Under the pieces are notes generated by a model, which saw only the letters and a program-made list of their open reading frames with translations, ran no database searches and was not told the origin of the DNA. 54,792 bases of DNA from positions 1 through 54,792 of the forward strand of contig JYFJ02002569.1 in NCBI GenBank assembly GCA_000934665.2, given 5' to 3'. A program made the translations under genes and the position numbers. This document shows, piece after piece, positions 24,546-38,151 of the stretch (the first letter of the stretch is position 1; every line of letters begins with the position of its first letter). The DNA is from Catajapyx aquilonaris. Its lineage: Eukaryota.

Positions 24546-27500
24546 CTAAGGCTTGATAGTGTCCAAGATCCATCCAAGATATCCGCCAATGCGAGTATAG
24601 ATCCCTGGTTGTCCTCCAGTTCCGCAAGCAGTTGGCCCTAATGACACGACAGCGGCCAAATAGAATCGGGAACCCAGGGGTGACCCTTGCAGAAGCATAA
24701 GTGGACCTCCAGAATCTCCACTGCACGAATCTTCTCCCTTCTGACCTCCAGCACACATCTGACCTCCTGCTAGTTGGATTTGATTTTTGAACACGCTTTG
24801 GCACTCTTTAAGAGACACCGGTGGCACCTTCAACATCTGCAGGATGTCACTTCCACCTGAAAGTTACGAAATGATCCCCAATCATTTTTATACATAATTC
24901 TGATGGAAATTGAACAACAATTATAACTATATTAATTGGAGTTAGATTGTTGACTCCTTATGTGAACTTACGTCCGCTTTCGGTTTTGCCCCAACCTGCC
25001 ACAAACAGGGCCTCCAGTTGAGGGTTAAGACTCATCATGTCGTTGTTTGACAATGGGAATGGCATGCAAATCGGTCGAACGAAATCTGAAAGATGCAGTA
25101 ATGTTAATGATGATGATTATGATTATGATTATGATATCTTACTGTTAAAGACGATCTCTTTCCTAATTCTTAGGAGGGCCACGTCGTGCCTGAACCTGGG
25201 TGTGTCATACTGTGGATGTACTCGAATCTGCTCCAACTGGTAGTCCGCAGCAGGAGGTGCACAATGATTTGTGTCCCTAGCACAATCTGGACCTTCATTT
25301 GAGATGGTATGTTCTCCGAGCCTCACACGAACCCTGTGGATATCAACTATGTCATTCACCATACACTCGATGGGTATGTAAATATAACCATACTAGCTGC
25401 GGCACCCGGGGTTGCCCAGGAAGAAATGAATGAAGGGAAAACACCTGCCAGTAGCCCCGTCAAAATTTTCAAGCACAGAGAGCCGCCACGACAGTTTTCC
25501 CAGCCGTTTTGGACTTTTGCACGTGCCACCTTGTCCATCTGCTCCTGATTAAGCCGCCGGAGAACAATAGCTCCTCTCCGGCGCTCCCACCTGCCAACAA
25601 TCTGGATCTACTGTAATCCCACCTCAGCTGCAACCCCTTCCGTCCTTCCCACCCGGACCGCAGATGGCAGGCAAATGACGGTTGGCAGGCAGACAGACAG
25701 ACTCACAAACGGCTTTATTTATATATAGATAATACTCACAGCTTGTAATTTGGAACGTTGATGCAATGAGCGGCAGTGATGACATAGCGGTCGTTGATGG
25801 CTGCTCCTCCACACATCCATCGTTCAGAACCTTTGGTGCCTGTCCAAACACTTCTCGATTAGGTACGCTAAACACTGTCATTTTATTGTGAAAAATAGTG
25901 TATGACAGGCAACTTGCTATAGAAGGGATACACTCGTTACTTACTTCTATATCCGAGAAGTGCAATCCAAGGAAAGGCTCCAACTTTGGCGTCTACTCCG
26001 CCCACAACTCTTTCGTGGAAAACGGAGAGGCCACATTTTGGGAAGTCGGGAAGCAGCTTTCGGTGTGGATGGCTCTCAAAGTCACTATCTGTGGTGAATA
26101 AGGAGCCGGTGGTAGGACAGCACACCTGGCAAAATTTAAAATCATGTTAGCTGCAAACATATGCAACAAGGGCACATACTAGTATCTCACGATCATGCTG
26201 TTTTTTAAACAAAAAACAAAAAACAGGTTGTATTACGTTAAGCACATAATTATAACAGTCATGACTGCTTGTCAAGGAAAACCTTTGTGTCCTTCATGTG
26301 CCCTTGTCTTCGATGATTATATGTTGTGTGGCTTATAAGCAATATGATGATGATGTGGGACTTATACAGTAACACCTTGGCAATTACCAAGAAGCTGTGC
26401 CCGATTAGTCTTGTTCACTCATTCCTTCACAGAATTATCCCAAGAAAGGGTAGCCAACGATGACCTGGCCGATGGTCAGGTAAATGAAGAATTAGTGTTG
26501 TAACAGTAATTATTGTGTTGTTGAGGCTCTCGTAAGAAGATCCTTCAGAGCAATGTGTCAAAAATCAAAGGAATAGTGCAGAAATAGTTGTGTCGGAGCT
26601 GCACTTTGCCTCAAAAGTTTCTGCCTGCCTTTGCCTACAACGTGGGGCATGTGTCTAGGGGCAAGCAAGTATGTTTGGTCGCCTACCTAGTTACCGGTTG
26701 GTCCCTCTACATTTCTGACCCCTATATTTTTGATTAGTATTGGGCCAACGATTACTCTGGCGACATGATCTTGTCAGATCAGAAACACCATGTATATCCT
26801 GTACACACAGGCAATGGCGCTTGATTCAATCATTCCAAGAAGGTGGTGTCACAGTGTCTTTTGCCCTCTCAGAGCAGGTGGCAATCGAGTACTGCTGAAG
26901 AACCACTGGTTAAAACATGCAAGATTCATAGTCGGTGTATAGCAGGAGTCGAGGCTACTAAGGTCATACAGCAATTTGCATCACTCGTTTGTAAATCTAA
27001 TGGCATAATAAACGCAGCAGTTAAGGAATATTTTATGTATGTCGATATTTATGTCATTACAGATAGTTAGTGTCAGAATGACAGCGTATTCTACTCTCCT
27101 GTAATATGGCATGGTTCAATATTGCATTGTTCCTATTAGTTAACAGTTTTGTCGTACTAACTGCTTATTATCAAGTATTGCTTTTGAAGTTATTTTTACT
27201 GTTTATCAATATATAAGCTGCTAACATGATGTTGAATGGAAGCTTCCCTTCAGGTCATGACCTGGTTTTTCAAATATTGCAAGCTATCCATTTTGAGCAC
27301 GTGAAGTCAAAAACGGGTTTTTTTTTTCATCATAGACCCTCCCGCAATAGTTAAAAAGAGTGTAACCATTTAACCTAATAATAATAGGGTACCCAGTGAT
27401 AACCTCCTTGGGCTTTTTAGGGGATTATCTTTTTAATTAACCGACTTTAATCATTGCCTTTGCTGTGACGGATTTTGATAGTGGGAGGAAAAACGGGAGA

Positions 27501-28896
27501 ACCCCAAGAAAACCCACGCGAACACGGAGAGAACCCATCGAATCCACACAGCATTCAATTTAAACTCCCGTTTTTTTTTTTAATTTTGGGTCACTTACGA
27601 GGGATTATGTAAACATTTCGGAGTTCAGATTCATAAATACAAAGTCCAGTACAATGTCGACAAGGTGATGACATGGGGGAAAAACCGAAAGAGAAGGCCG
27701 AATCTAAAGTTAATGCAAGGTCCCCTTTCGGTATGATGTCCACACATCCTTCGGCATACTATATACTTTCATGGACATACTGTTCTTTACTTATTGCTCC
27801 TCCAACACAGTATATTGCGTTTTGTTAAGTTCTTTCCCAAGTACTTCAGTTTGAAATTGCCGACAGTCAAACCTGCATCGGTGTGCATATTATGCACCAT
27901 GCCTGCCATAATATGGAGATAATAATTTTTTCAATCTGACAAAAATAGCGTAAGGAATAAAACGTATGACCTCCCAGATGCACCTGTGACCTTTCTGCCT
28001 GTACGCTGGCTACTTCAGACGCATAATGATCATAGATAATCGCTTCAAATTTGTTTCGCTTCTTCATACGATAGTTTGTTAATATAGCTTTCATTATTAT
28101 TATTATCATTATCTAGTGTCAGTGTTTGTGCAATTTACTAAGGGTGCGTGCGCTTTTCCGTCAAGTAAAACTTACATACTGTAAGCATTGGCAGTACCTA
28201 ACAATGCAAAGGGGTAGTGGCAAGACGTCGGAGACAAAGAATCGACATTACTTGATGGTCAAAAGGTTTATGAGTTTTTTTGTACTTTTCCATGGTGTAG
28301 TCGTTCAAAGTTATCAATAAATACTTCAAACGTTCTATAAGTATGCATTGTAATTCAGAAATGAAGATACTGTGGCATTCTCCTACGTATTTCCAACTTG
28401 AGATTACGTAACCAGTTTTTATTGGAACCGCCACGGCTGGTGATTCGATGTGTAAAAAAAAAAAACAATAACGAATCCCACCAAATGTACATTTCGACAC
28501 TCATTAAATTTAACATAAAAAATACCCCCCTGAAACAATTAACCAGAAGAAAGCAAGAGAGGAAATACTAAATGTTTCACCTTAGGGGTGCTTCCCTCAA
28601 AACCACAGGCTGAATCTCGAAGGTGCTGCGCAGTATCCGGCTGTACTGGCTTGACAGCCAGTGTCTTCAGTAGTACCGGACATTTCCTGATATTAATGCA
28701 GTCACCAGGTCCTTTTTTAGGCGTCCGACAGTCTGAATCCCCTAAGAATAAGATGTCATCATGCAACAGAATCCGCGCACCATTTGACCAAGTATCACCC
28801 TCGTCACTAGTGTGGACAACGGTGGTGTGGCTTACCGGGGCGGCAGTATACCGAGCCGAAGAAGGCGACCGACAGAATCAGCAACACTCGCCTCAT
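24546..28896 (-). CDS. Clip-domain serine protease C (CLIPB-like), catalytically intact, 7 exons
   Basis: Exons 28896-28836 ([18 protein letters not shown]), 28741-28581 (clip), 26125-25945 (CGLSVFHER^VVGG), 25839-25740 (TAAHC), 25333-25143 (DVAL), 25085-24972, 24856-24546 (DSCSGDSGG). Intron positions match gene A. Confidence 0.93.
25393..25729 (-). mobile_element. Non-autonomous Helitron inserted ~10 nt after a splice donor of protease C
   Basis: The minus strand starts TCTATATATAAATAAAG and ends with hairpin GGGCAACCCCGGGTGCCGCAG-CTAG. It sits between A (25730) and T (25392) with no TSD and contains a (CTGT)n tract. Confidence 0.85.
27481..27551 (-). mobile_element. SINE central-domain relic (V/Meta-domain-like)
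   Basis: GTGGGAGGAAAAACGGGAGAACCCCAAGAAAACCCACGCGAACACGGAGAGAAC..TCCACACAG resembles the antisense of the conserved V-SINE/MetaSINE core. Confidence 0.55.
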
Positions 28897-28998
28897 CTGT
28901 ACCCGTGCCTGAGATACACTGTAGAGATGCTGAGCAGAGCAGCGCTGCAACTGGGCCAAGGCGCCTCTATTAGCTACACACAGTCGTGCTACAATCTT

Positions 28999-29039
28999 TG
29001 ACGTCACGTGGGGCAAATCCAAGCCCGACCATGACGTCA
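28999..29039. promoter_or_regulatory. Two perfect CRE/ATF palindromes upstream of protease C
   Basis: TGACGTCA at 28999-29006 and 29032-29039, ~100-140 bp upstream of the ATG at 28896. Confidence 0.45.
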
Positions 29040-31802
29040 TACATTACCTACCTTCACAGGGGGCTTTACCGATGGGATGGTTACGATGGAATCCTAAGCA
29101 CCTAGAAAGTGCAAATGTGCATTTTGGTCGTTGGTGTGCCGCGTTTTACATCGGATGCTGATATGGTCCGGTAGTTCTTGCTGATATAATTTTATCTGGT
29201 CTTGGGTGACCACAGTCGTACAAGGAAATGGTTGGGATAATTAATATGGCCATTTTTGTTATGGGGGGTGTCATAATTAGTTTCCTGGAATTACTTGGGG
29301 GTGGTTCATTTAAGATTTTTATATGGAAGAAAAAAAGTGCCAATTATTATGGGATGCATGAGCGGATAAGTGAAAAAGAGGGAAAAACGGGCGTTGATGA
29401 CCTTGTAGAGATGCTTCAGGCGATTTCGTTTTCAGTCGTGATGTTGCGAAGGACCACAAAAACGCACGAATACGGTACGCAGTCGGATCCGCATGACGGG
29501 GCAAGACTCGTGTGAAAAAAAAAAATCATATCTAGAAGGGTTCGCGTAACTTAGCAGAAGATCTAGTTATGTGCAACTTTAACATTTGAATAGAGCAGAA
29601 CATTACTATTTTAAAGGGGAGGTAGCAATAAGACATTTTAAACTATTCCGCAACTACGAGTAGTGGTATGACTTTTCGGTTCTTCCTGTAGCTTATACGT
29701 TTTATCATACTGAAACTGCCTCAAGGTTTTGTTGCATTGTTACCTTTCGAATAAATCATATAATTTCTTGGAAAACTGAAATCAACACGGTTGGTATATT
29801 CCTGGAATACTTTTTTCAGTTTCTCTAAATAAAAAAATGGGTTGATGATATCATAAGTATGTGTTATAGCACCTTGCAATACCAATGCCTCAGTATCATT
29901 TTATTTACACACTGCAATATTACGTCAGAATAGAACGACTCAGTGCCACCTGCAGTGCATTTGTTGATTCACTCTTTTTTGTCGCAAAATTAAAGTGGAA
30001 TTCCCTCGCACGTTTCGTGACCATGGAGAAGATATAATCACATGAAGATGAGATCTTCGACACTGTCAAGGTTAATGTGTAGGTGTATTTACTTGCTAAA
30101 ATTTTTGCCAAAAAATATTATGACATTCCTCTTACATATTACTGATTACTGTAGTATAGAAATGGCATGAGTGTCGATGAGCATATGTGAGCTTAGTTAC
30201 TCTTTTTTTTAACCTGCATATATTCAAACTACGCTTGCATGAACGCACTACAATAAAACAACGTGTGTTCTGAGGTTACGTGCAAGGACACACTGGTTGC
30301 CGGGAATCCGGATAAGAGAGAGCATATTACGTAAGGTTACTTTGATAGTACTATGAATGCCCTTCCTTGCACTTGTCACGCTCGTCAGTCATATATTACA
30401 GAGTCACACAAATATTTCAAAATGTCGTGACTAGGTGAATGCTTTTATTAGTTTCCCATTGAACGTCAATTTGATTTCTGGCAGAAATCTTGTCATTCTC
30501 TCTCTCGTATTGCCGTATATTTATTTTTAATAAAAATAAATGATATATTTCTTTACTCTAACCAGGATGACAGTCAGTGGTCATTCGTAAGGACACTATG
30601 CTGCTGTAAATCACTTTACAATATTACTTACAAGGGACGAGTGCGACATCTCACTCTTTGTCAATGTTAAATATTAATAATGAACATGAGTTCACACATA
30701 TACTTCACTTGTAACCTGGGATTGGTTTTGCCTTGTACTCGAGGCACTTTCAGGCATTCAATAGCTGTTAAACTATCAAATTCTTTTCCCAAGAATTAGG
30801 AAAATCTAGGAAATCACCCACTTTACACCGGCGGACCAGCTCTCCCAGGGCTCTTGGTCAACCTCGTTTTTACCACCATGCTGCAATATGCAGGGTAGGC
30901 CTAATAAGTAATCATAATGTACTCATTGTACCAATCACCATGTATCAAATATTTTTTTATAATGAAAATAAATATACGCGCTTTTTTATGCAGATAGGCA
31001 ATTAGGTGAAGGGCATTTGTATCCACAAGTTTATTACTCTCAAGTCATGGCACGCATTTATTCATCGGATATCTGTGCATTATGTCCTAAAAAAAGAAAT
31101 CTTATAAACAATAGGATTGATGTGTCGATGACGTGTGTAGTATATCTCTGTTTAATGCAATAATACAGTTGCGACATTTATGCCGGTAATTTGGTGAAGG
31201 AAATGGGTAGTAAGATAGGTTTCACATTCTGTTGAGAATGTAAACTCCGAATGAGAGGAGAAAGCAAAACATAGGCCTATATGTCAGTCAATTATTGCAG
31301 GTATCACAGGCATGCATATCTTATTTCTCAGATTCGTACTAATTAATATGTGAAACGGTTCTCTACCGTTTAATACTCCAGTGCACTGTTGAGTGGTGAT
31401 ACCTTAATGTCACAGTACCATAATAATTATATTCTAACGTTTTGTACCTGTTACTTGGTATACGTACAACTCATTATATGAACTCCAAGCATTGTATCAG
31501 ACACACCAAATAAATATCTCAAATGTTATTATTTTCATGGTGGCAACGCATGGTGGCACTGTGTTATGATTATTGCATTCAAAATACTTCATTTTATCAC
31601 TTACAATAAATTGTGTTAGAATGTATTACATTAATTTGGATGTATTCACTGGCTCGTATGACAGGTGTAAGGCATACACACGCAGTTCATTTACAAGAGA
31701 CCATTGGGCTGATTTTGTTTCAAGAAGGGCGGACAATAGACACTCAAAAGTGCTTAACGTTTCCATACACCTACTTCATCTAGGAGTGCTACGTAGCTTT
31801 CA

Positions 31803-31902
31803 CAGTGAGCCCCCAGTTATAAAAATACGTGTTAGACTTTTTAAATCAATGTTTTTATTGAATATTTAATGTCTTCAAACCACGGATAACCGGGGCTGAC
31901 TG
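31803..31902. mobile_element. Tc1/pogo-like mini-MITE
   Basis: Imperfect TIRs CAGTGAGCCCCCAGTTAT / ATAACCGGGGCTGACTG-TA. Confidence 0.5.
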
Positions 31903-31976
31903 TATTTTTAAACGCAGGCGCAGTCGAAGTAGGATCCGTAATCAATAATAATCATTGCAGGAATCAATGGAGTTAA

Positions 31977-32087
31977 CCACTTTGGTACTCCGGTGTACAC
32001 CTGCAGTGGTACTCCCAAGTACTCCTTAGGTACCTTACTCTTTGGTACTTCTTAGAATTTGGTACTCCAGTGTACACTTTACAGTGG
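31977..32087. repeat. TTAA-flanked short element with internal GGTACTCC/GTGTACAC repeats
   Basis: TTAA-CCACT ... AGTGG-TTAA, with TTTGGTACTCC(G/A)GTGTACAC twice inside. Confidence 0.45.
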
Positions 32088-33272
32088 TTAACCCTTTGGC
32101 ATGAATTTTATGCTGCTTTAATTCGTATACCTATATGTCAACGAGCTCGAGCTCTAGAATAGGCTAATATCTATCACTAAAAATACTATACTATAGTATC
32201 ACTAAAAAGTTGTGCCAGAAGTAACCTGAAGGCAATGCAACTATTAGCACCTCAGTTGGGTTTTTTTTCCCATTACTTCACTCTGGCGAGATGGTTGCCT
32301 AGCTATAGGATACGCCTGTCCAAAACATCTTATTATACGGTAGACCGTACGTTACAGATGGATCAGATCTGACCACTTTTGACGGCCAAGCAGTCAGGAG
32401 AACTTGGCCTTTTTTTTACAGAAAGGTTTTTGGTGGGATACGGTAGACCGTACGTTACAGATGGATGGACACTATATATAAATACGATGTAGTTAGGCAT
32501 ACCTGCTTCAATCTCAGAGAGTTTTTCGTCGACACTTTCATTGCCCTTTTTACGCAGAAATTCCTGGATGTATGATTTCTACAGAAGAGGAAGTTTCGAA
32601 ATACATACCGACACATGCATGATGTAGACTGCGTAGAATGTTGTAGATGTAGGTCTATACGCCACAGTTGATTCATTGGAGCACCCTGATATAATATAAA
32701 TACTGTAGTGGATGAGCTAGAACAATCTAAAATGTCTGATTGTTCACTTTCACCACAAGAAATGTGTGACACTCATTGCTTGTTGCAGAAGGGAAAACGT
32801 AGTCAAAATCACCAACGTTCAAATTTTTATTTTATTTGAATTGCCCATTGTGTGACCATCTGTGTAGGCGGTTTGCGATCGATTGAATGAAAACCAAATC
32901 AGAGATTTAAAATCATATACCTTATTAATAGCTATTCTGACAGGAAGGTCAGTCATTTTGTATAACGTCATGAAAAGCACATATTTTTTTATTATTTTCA
33001 GACTCATGTGACACGACAAACTGGCACTTAAAACAATATCGCAGTGTGAAACTCAACATGCTATGTAGAATGAGTGAAGTGATTTTCTTTCTGTATAAGT
33101 AATCATACACACAGGCGACTTTACTGCCAAACCTCGATTTGTGAACAACCATTATTATATTTATCCTTCAAACTTGATTTACATTTAATCTATTTTAATA
33201 CACTGAATAACGTTCAAAAATGATATGGATGCAGCTTTTATTATTTCAGCCTGACTGACAACAACAGTGTTC

Positions 33273-35694
33273 TTATGACGACTGAAGATGGCTGAGAATC
33301 CAAGGGACGTAAGCGTGGACATTGGTGTAAACGGCCGGAATGGCATGTGATCCACACATTTTGAGTCCAAAAGAAACAATTCCTTCCAGTACGTATCGGG
33401 GAAGACCCCTGGCAACAACCGGCTTCATCAAAGGCCCACCAGAGTCGCCTTTACATGAGTCTCGTCCTTCCTCTCCTCCTGCGCATAGTTGTGCCGACGG
33501 ATCAAGGCTCGTGACTTTCGAATAGAACCGGGCACAATTATCCTGGTTTCCAAGCGGCAACCAGGCGTACTGCAAGACGTCACTTCCATCTATCAAGACA
33601 TAATAGATACTAAGCTCTGGTATCAGCTCGGTTTGTAGAGTTACTTACGACTTTTTCCGGTTGCTCCCCAACCAGCCACCACGAATCTGTTGTCATCAAA
33701 AGCACTGTTTCGAAGATCTTCATTTACAGGAAGGCAAATTGATTCGACCACCTCTGAAAACCAGTACATATTACTACATCTTCGTGTCGACACCATTCGA
33801 TTGTATTCGGTAGACAGCGGTGCATACCGTTAAGCTTTGCTCGCTCGCTGAGACGAATGAGAGCAATGTCATGCCGATATGCCGGGGTGTCGTAATCAGC
33901 ATGCGAAACAATTTGTTCTATACCGATATCTTGCACAGCAGGAGCACAACGACCATCTTCACAGTCTTCATCAGTAGAAACCTTATGTTCCCCCAAACGT
34001 ACTAAGCTTCTGTATTAAAGAGAAACGTTATTGTTACGGTTGGCAAAACTCCCTGTCACGAAATGAGCATACAGTTTGACTGCGGATGGCAAGTCAGCAA
34101 CACAATGTGCGGCTGTCAAGACGTATCGTGTCGAGATCAAAACAGCTCCGCAAAGGAACTGCGGGAATGGCCTTCCTGTGACTTGATAACCCAAACGAAC
34201 CATCCAGGGAAATTGACCCAATGAAGCATCGCTACCACCAATCACTTTAGGGTTCAGGCTGTACCCACAGTTAGTGGGAAGCAAACTAGAGATGGGTTGA
34301 GTCTTCGGAACTGTAGGCCTAGAACCTCGCACCATCATGCCTATAGCAGAGGCTGAGCAACATTGTTGGCCTTTCCAGGAGCATTCGTCATATGCATCGT
34401 GGGAGTAGGGACAACTCTTTGGTTCCGTGCAGAGACCTACGCGGCCCCGCACATCATGGCACAATTGGTCTTTAAATACGATGGCATCTGAAACAACCGA
34501 AAGCATGCCATCATAATCATACGCTCCACCTATAATGACACAGTTACATTTTTTTTTAAATACGTTAATGAATAATAATGTGCAACTCGGATTTGTTCTC
34601 TCCAAACCGAAGTAAATATTATTTTGTTGCGAGTCGTTTTGTGCGAGTCGCCACCCAGGAGGTGGCGTCTGGAACGGCGGAAATGGTGATTCCGTGGAAC
34701 GGCCGCGGTCGGCTTTTTTTTTTCGTTTTTAAAGTTTCAGAAAGTCCATCGGCGCCATTTCCAAAAAACAAAAGTTGTTTGCAAATATAGAAAACACGGG
34801 CAAAATTTTGACACCACTCCCAAAGCTGTAGGCCGTACAGTGCGGGAGGAGTTGCCATGACAGTCGGTTTTTAACAATAATATAGATTGCAAAGAGTTTT
34901 ATTGCCGGTTATTTCCGGATAATATCACAGGGTGTTTCATAATTATTCAAACTAACTTCCAGAGCTCATTCCTGATAATTCCAGCTAATTAGCATTAATC
35001 AAAAGATGAATTGTACCATTTCCTAGGTAACTTATAGGATACAGCCTACGACAATATTCCATCACTCTTCGATGACTGTCGGGTACATCGAAATATATTG
35101 TAGTTTCACACTGCATGTGTGGTTTTACATTTTACATTACAAATACATAAAAAATAGAAAGTCGAGTGGAGGGATGCATACCAACCAGGATATTTTATGT
35201 GTTGCCTTTTAAGCCCATGATTTTGGTTAGTAGGCTTCGGAGATCAAAATAACGGCACCTCTAAAGCGATCCTCTGGTGCATAGGAGCTCATCCTAGAAG
35301 CTTGTCTTTATCATTATGAAACACCCTGTGTTATCAGCTCTTGGATCTCATATCTGTCGGATCTGCACGACAGTACGCTTCACATAATATTATATTACAC
35401 TATTCATTGCAATTTTATCATGAGTAACTATTAAAAGCATCCGATTGTAAAAATAACGGAGTGCATTTGAGGCTTCCCATTTGTTTACTTTTGCATAAAG
35501 AATACGGTATTTGTAATATTTTTTTGCACGTGCATAATTTTTTGTTTTTGTGATCACGCATTTTGGTGCCAATAAAAACCTGTCTTTAGTTAGGCCTGTA
35601 GCCTACTGTAATACTTACCTTTGTGGGAAGATTTTTCTTTGGCCCTGACGCAGGTGTAGAGCAGTAATAAAATAGCAGAACTTCTTAGTAACAT
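33273..35694 (-). CDS. Serine protease D with a miniaturised clip-like domain, catalytically intact, 5 exons
   Basis: Exons 35694-35619 (MLLRSSAILLLLYTCVRA), 34487-34073 (C-X9-C-X5-C-X9-C-X6-CC, CGYSLNPK^VIGG, TAAHC), ~34009-33828 (DIAL), 33753-33649, 33589-33273 (DSCKGDSGG). Confidence 0.92.
34640..34866 (-). mobile_element. Interspersed repeat, copy 2 (same family as 14199-14406)
   Basis: Reverse-complement similarity to 14199-14406. Confidence 0.8.
34928..35328. mobile_element. Tc1/mariner-type MITE in intron 1 of protease D
   Basis: TIRs CAGGGTGTTTCATAAT / ATTATGAAACACCCTG, plus weaker inner inverted similarity around the GAGCTC motifs. Confidence 0.65.
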
Positions 35695-36988
35695 GCTGAT
35701 TGCAGAAGCAGGGGTGCCACTGGTTCCCCAAGAGTAGACCAGAACGACGATCTCTTAGGAGCTTGGTCTCATGGAGCACTGCGGAAATAATTTATTTCCA
35801 AGCTCAAGTTCGCTAAGCGGAGGAAACCTCATTTCCTATCAGCAGAGGAATATTTGCATCACGCTGCTAAAAAAGAAAGAGAGTAAAAAAAAAAAAAGAA
35901 ACCGCTCTCTCAGGTAACCACTTGGCTGCTACAATTGTAACCGCTAACTCCAGCAAGACTTCTAGTAAAACAATATAATATTGGTTCGACGCTTTTTTTG
36001 ACATCGTAACATCAATTATTAAAAATATTGAAAAGCCATCACTAATATAACTATTGACACCGCTTGTATCCTAGTATAACTTGATTAAACATGGCAGTGA
36101 TATACAGTATGAGTAGCCTACAGTATGTTGTAGGGGGTTTCTCCTATAGTAGGCCCTATATGCATATTTATAATGCAAAAATATTTCATGATGAAACGCA
36201 TCCTCTCCCAGAAAGTGGCCACCTATGGAACAGGGTGTAAATATAGACTTTATTAGAAGAAAAAACAGTTACCATTTCCCATTAGGGTGATAACAGTCAT
36301 TTATTTCACTAGAAGCCCATAATACAGTGTAAAACATGCCTTACTTAGTGTCCTCTCAAACGGCACCAGATAATAGTAGTATAAGGTACTATCAAGTTTT
36401 AAATTAATTTAAATAAAACTTATACAGCCAGCAAGAACAATATTGACTCGCGACATATTGTATTTCTGTCATATAGGCATTTCATGGCATGAAAGTGAAT
36501 ATATATTATTATATGGAGTAGTTGCGTAATTCCTCTCAGACGTAAGTTTCTTGCGATATTCCTAGACAAATTTTCTCTAGTTTATTTTGAAAATTTCGGT
36601 TCCGTTACTGAGATAATTCCATGTTAATATTTTAGTCACCCACAACAGTAACAGGTTCATCCTGCGGTTCATGCGACCCACACAGCATGTAAGGTAAGGT
36701 GGGAATACCAAGTATACAATAACCTGCAGAATGTTCCACATGATTCACTGAGTGGAAAAACCAAAATAAGAATGTTATTTATTCCATAATGGAACCCAAC
36801 TCACCTATAGTGTAATTTTGTCTTGGAATATCTCTATACACTGTCCAAGAAGGAGGTTGTATCGCCTTCAACAAATTCAGCATCTCTTAGTTGCTACTCG
36901 TCTTCTCACAACTCAAATGATATACCCTGACATTAAATATATTAGTAGACCTACTCAATTGGCTATGTACCGGTACCTTACTGTGTTA

Positions 36989-38151
36989 TTAAGGATACCA
37001 CATGGACTTGAGGATCCACGGTAAAACCGAATCAACTCTGGTAAATATACCAGGAAGACCTGGTCTGGCACATGTCAGTCCTGAATTGGTAAGAGCCACC
37101 TGTACATATTTGAGATAAGGAGCGGCGTCGGGGGCGTCGTGTCGGAATGGAAGCAAAAGGGCGGCACCAGGATCTATGAAGCAGGAGGTACGGACGTCCC
37201 CAGCGCCGGCGCACAGTATTTGAGGGGCGTCGCTTTTGCTGAGTCCCAACACATCCCCTAGCTGGAACATATCCTGGTAAAGGCGTCGGCATGCCTTCTC
37301 ATCCACCATAGGGAGGCGTACCGCTTGAAGTGATGTACCCGATGCTGGTGGTGCTCGCAAGTTCCAACCGGCCATCACTAGAGCGATGTTTCCTACCATG
37401 GTCGCTGCTGATGCCCAAGATGTCTCATGTTCAGCCAGGGGCAAGCATACTGGGCGTACATAATCTGTTGGATACAAACCGATTGTAATCAGAGGAATTT
37501 CATTATAGCATATGAGTTACCAGAGAAATTGAGAGGCTTAGCAAGCCGGAGTACAGCAGCGTCGTAGTAGAGGAATGGCTTGTACAATGGATGTATTGTT
37601 ACATTGGTGACGTCAATTTGGTGTGGCCTGGGAGCGCAGACCACTGCATCGCAATCGGGATCGCTACTCAAATCATGCTCGCCCATTCGCACTCGCATTC
37701 TATTCCAATAGTACAAAAACCTGAATCAGTGGCGTGCACCAACAAAAAAAGCTGAACAGAAAAAATGAAAACACACCCTCCGTAGAGTTTACCCACGCGA
37801 TCCTCCTCAAGAGCAGGACTCACGCAAGAAGCAGCAGTCAGGACATGTCGGTTGCTAATCAACGTTCCCAAGCATCGATGACGTCTCTCCCAAGCTATCA
37901 AAAGGATATCAATACGCCATCAAATCACTATATAGTAATGAATAAAAATGGTCATTACTCTCAAAATGGATCCTGGCAGTCCATGGGAATTGCCCCAGAA
38001 AAGCTGGCACAGCGTCGGAGGCGTCTTCGTCATTCATGGCCCTCGACGCTGAACTGCTTATACCACACTCACGCCATTCCGGCAATAATGAGTTAGTGGC
38101 CACCGTGTTGGTCACCCAAAGAGTCAGAACGAAAGCTACTATCAAGTCCAT
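36989..38151 (-). CDS. Clip-less serine protease homolog E (non-catalytic), ~4 exons
   Basis: Signal MDLIVAFVLTLWVTNTVA is followed directly by LLPEWRECG, with no clip domain. Motifs GQFPWTA, TAASC (His lost), YDAAVLRL, SCFIDPGAAL (Ser lost). Exons ~38151-37959, 37894-~37780 (donor uncertain), ~37701-37520, ~37463-36989. Confidence 0.87.
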
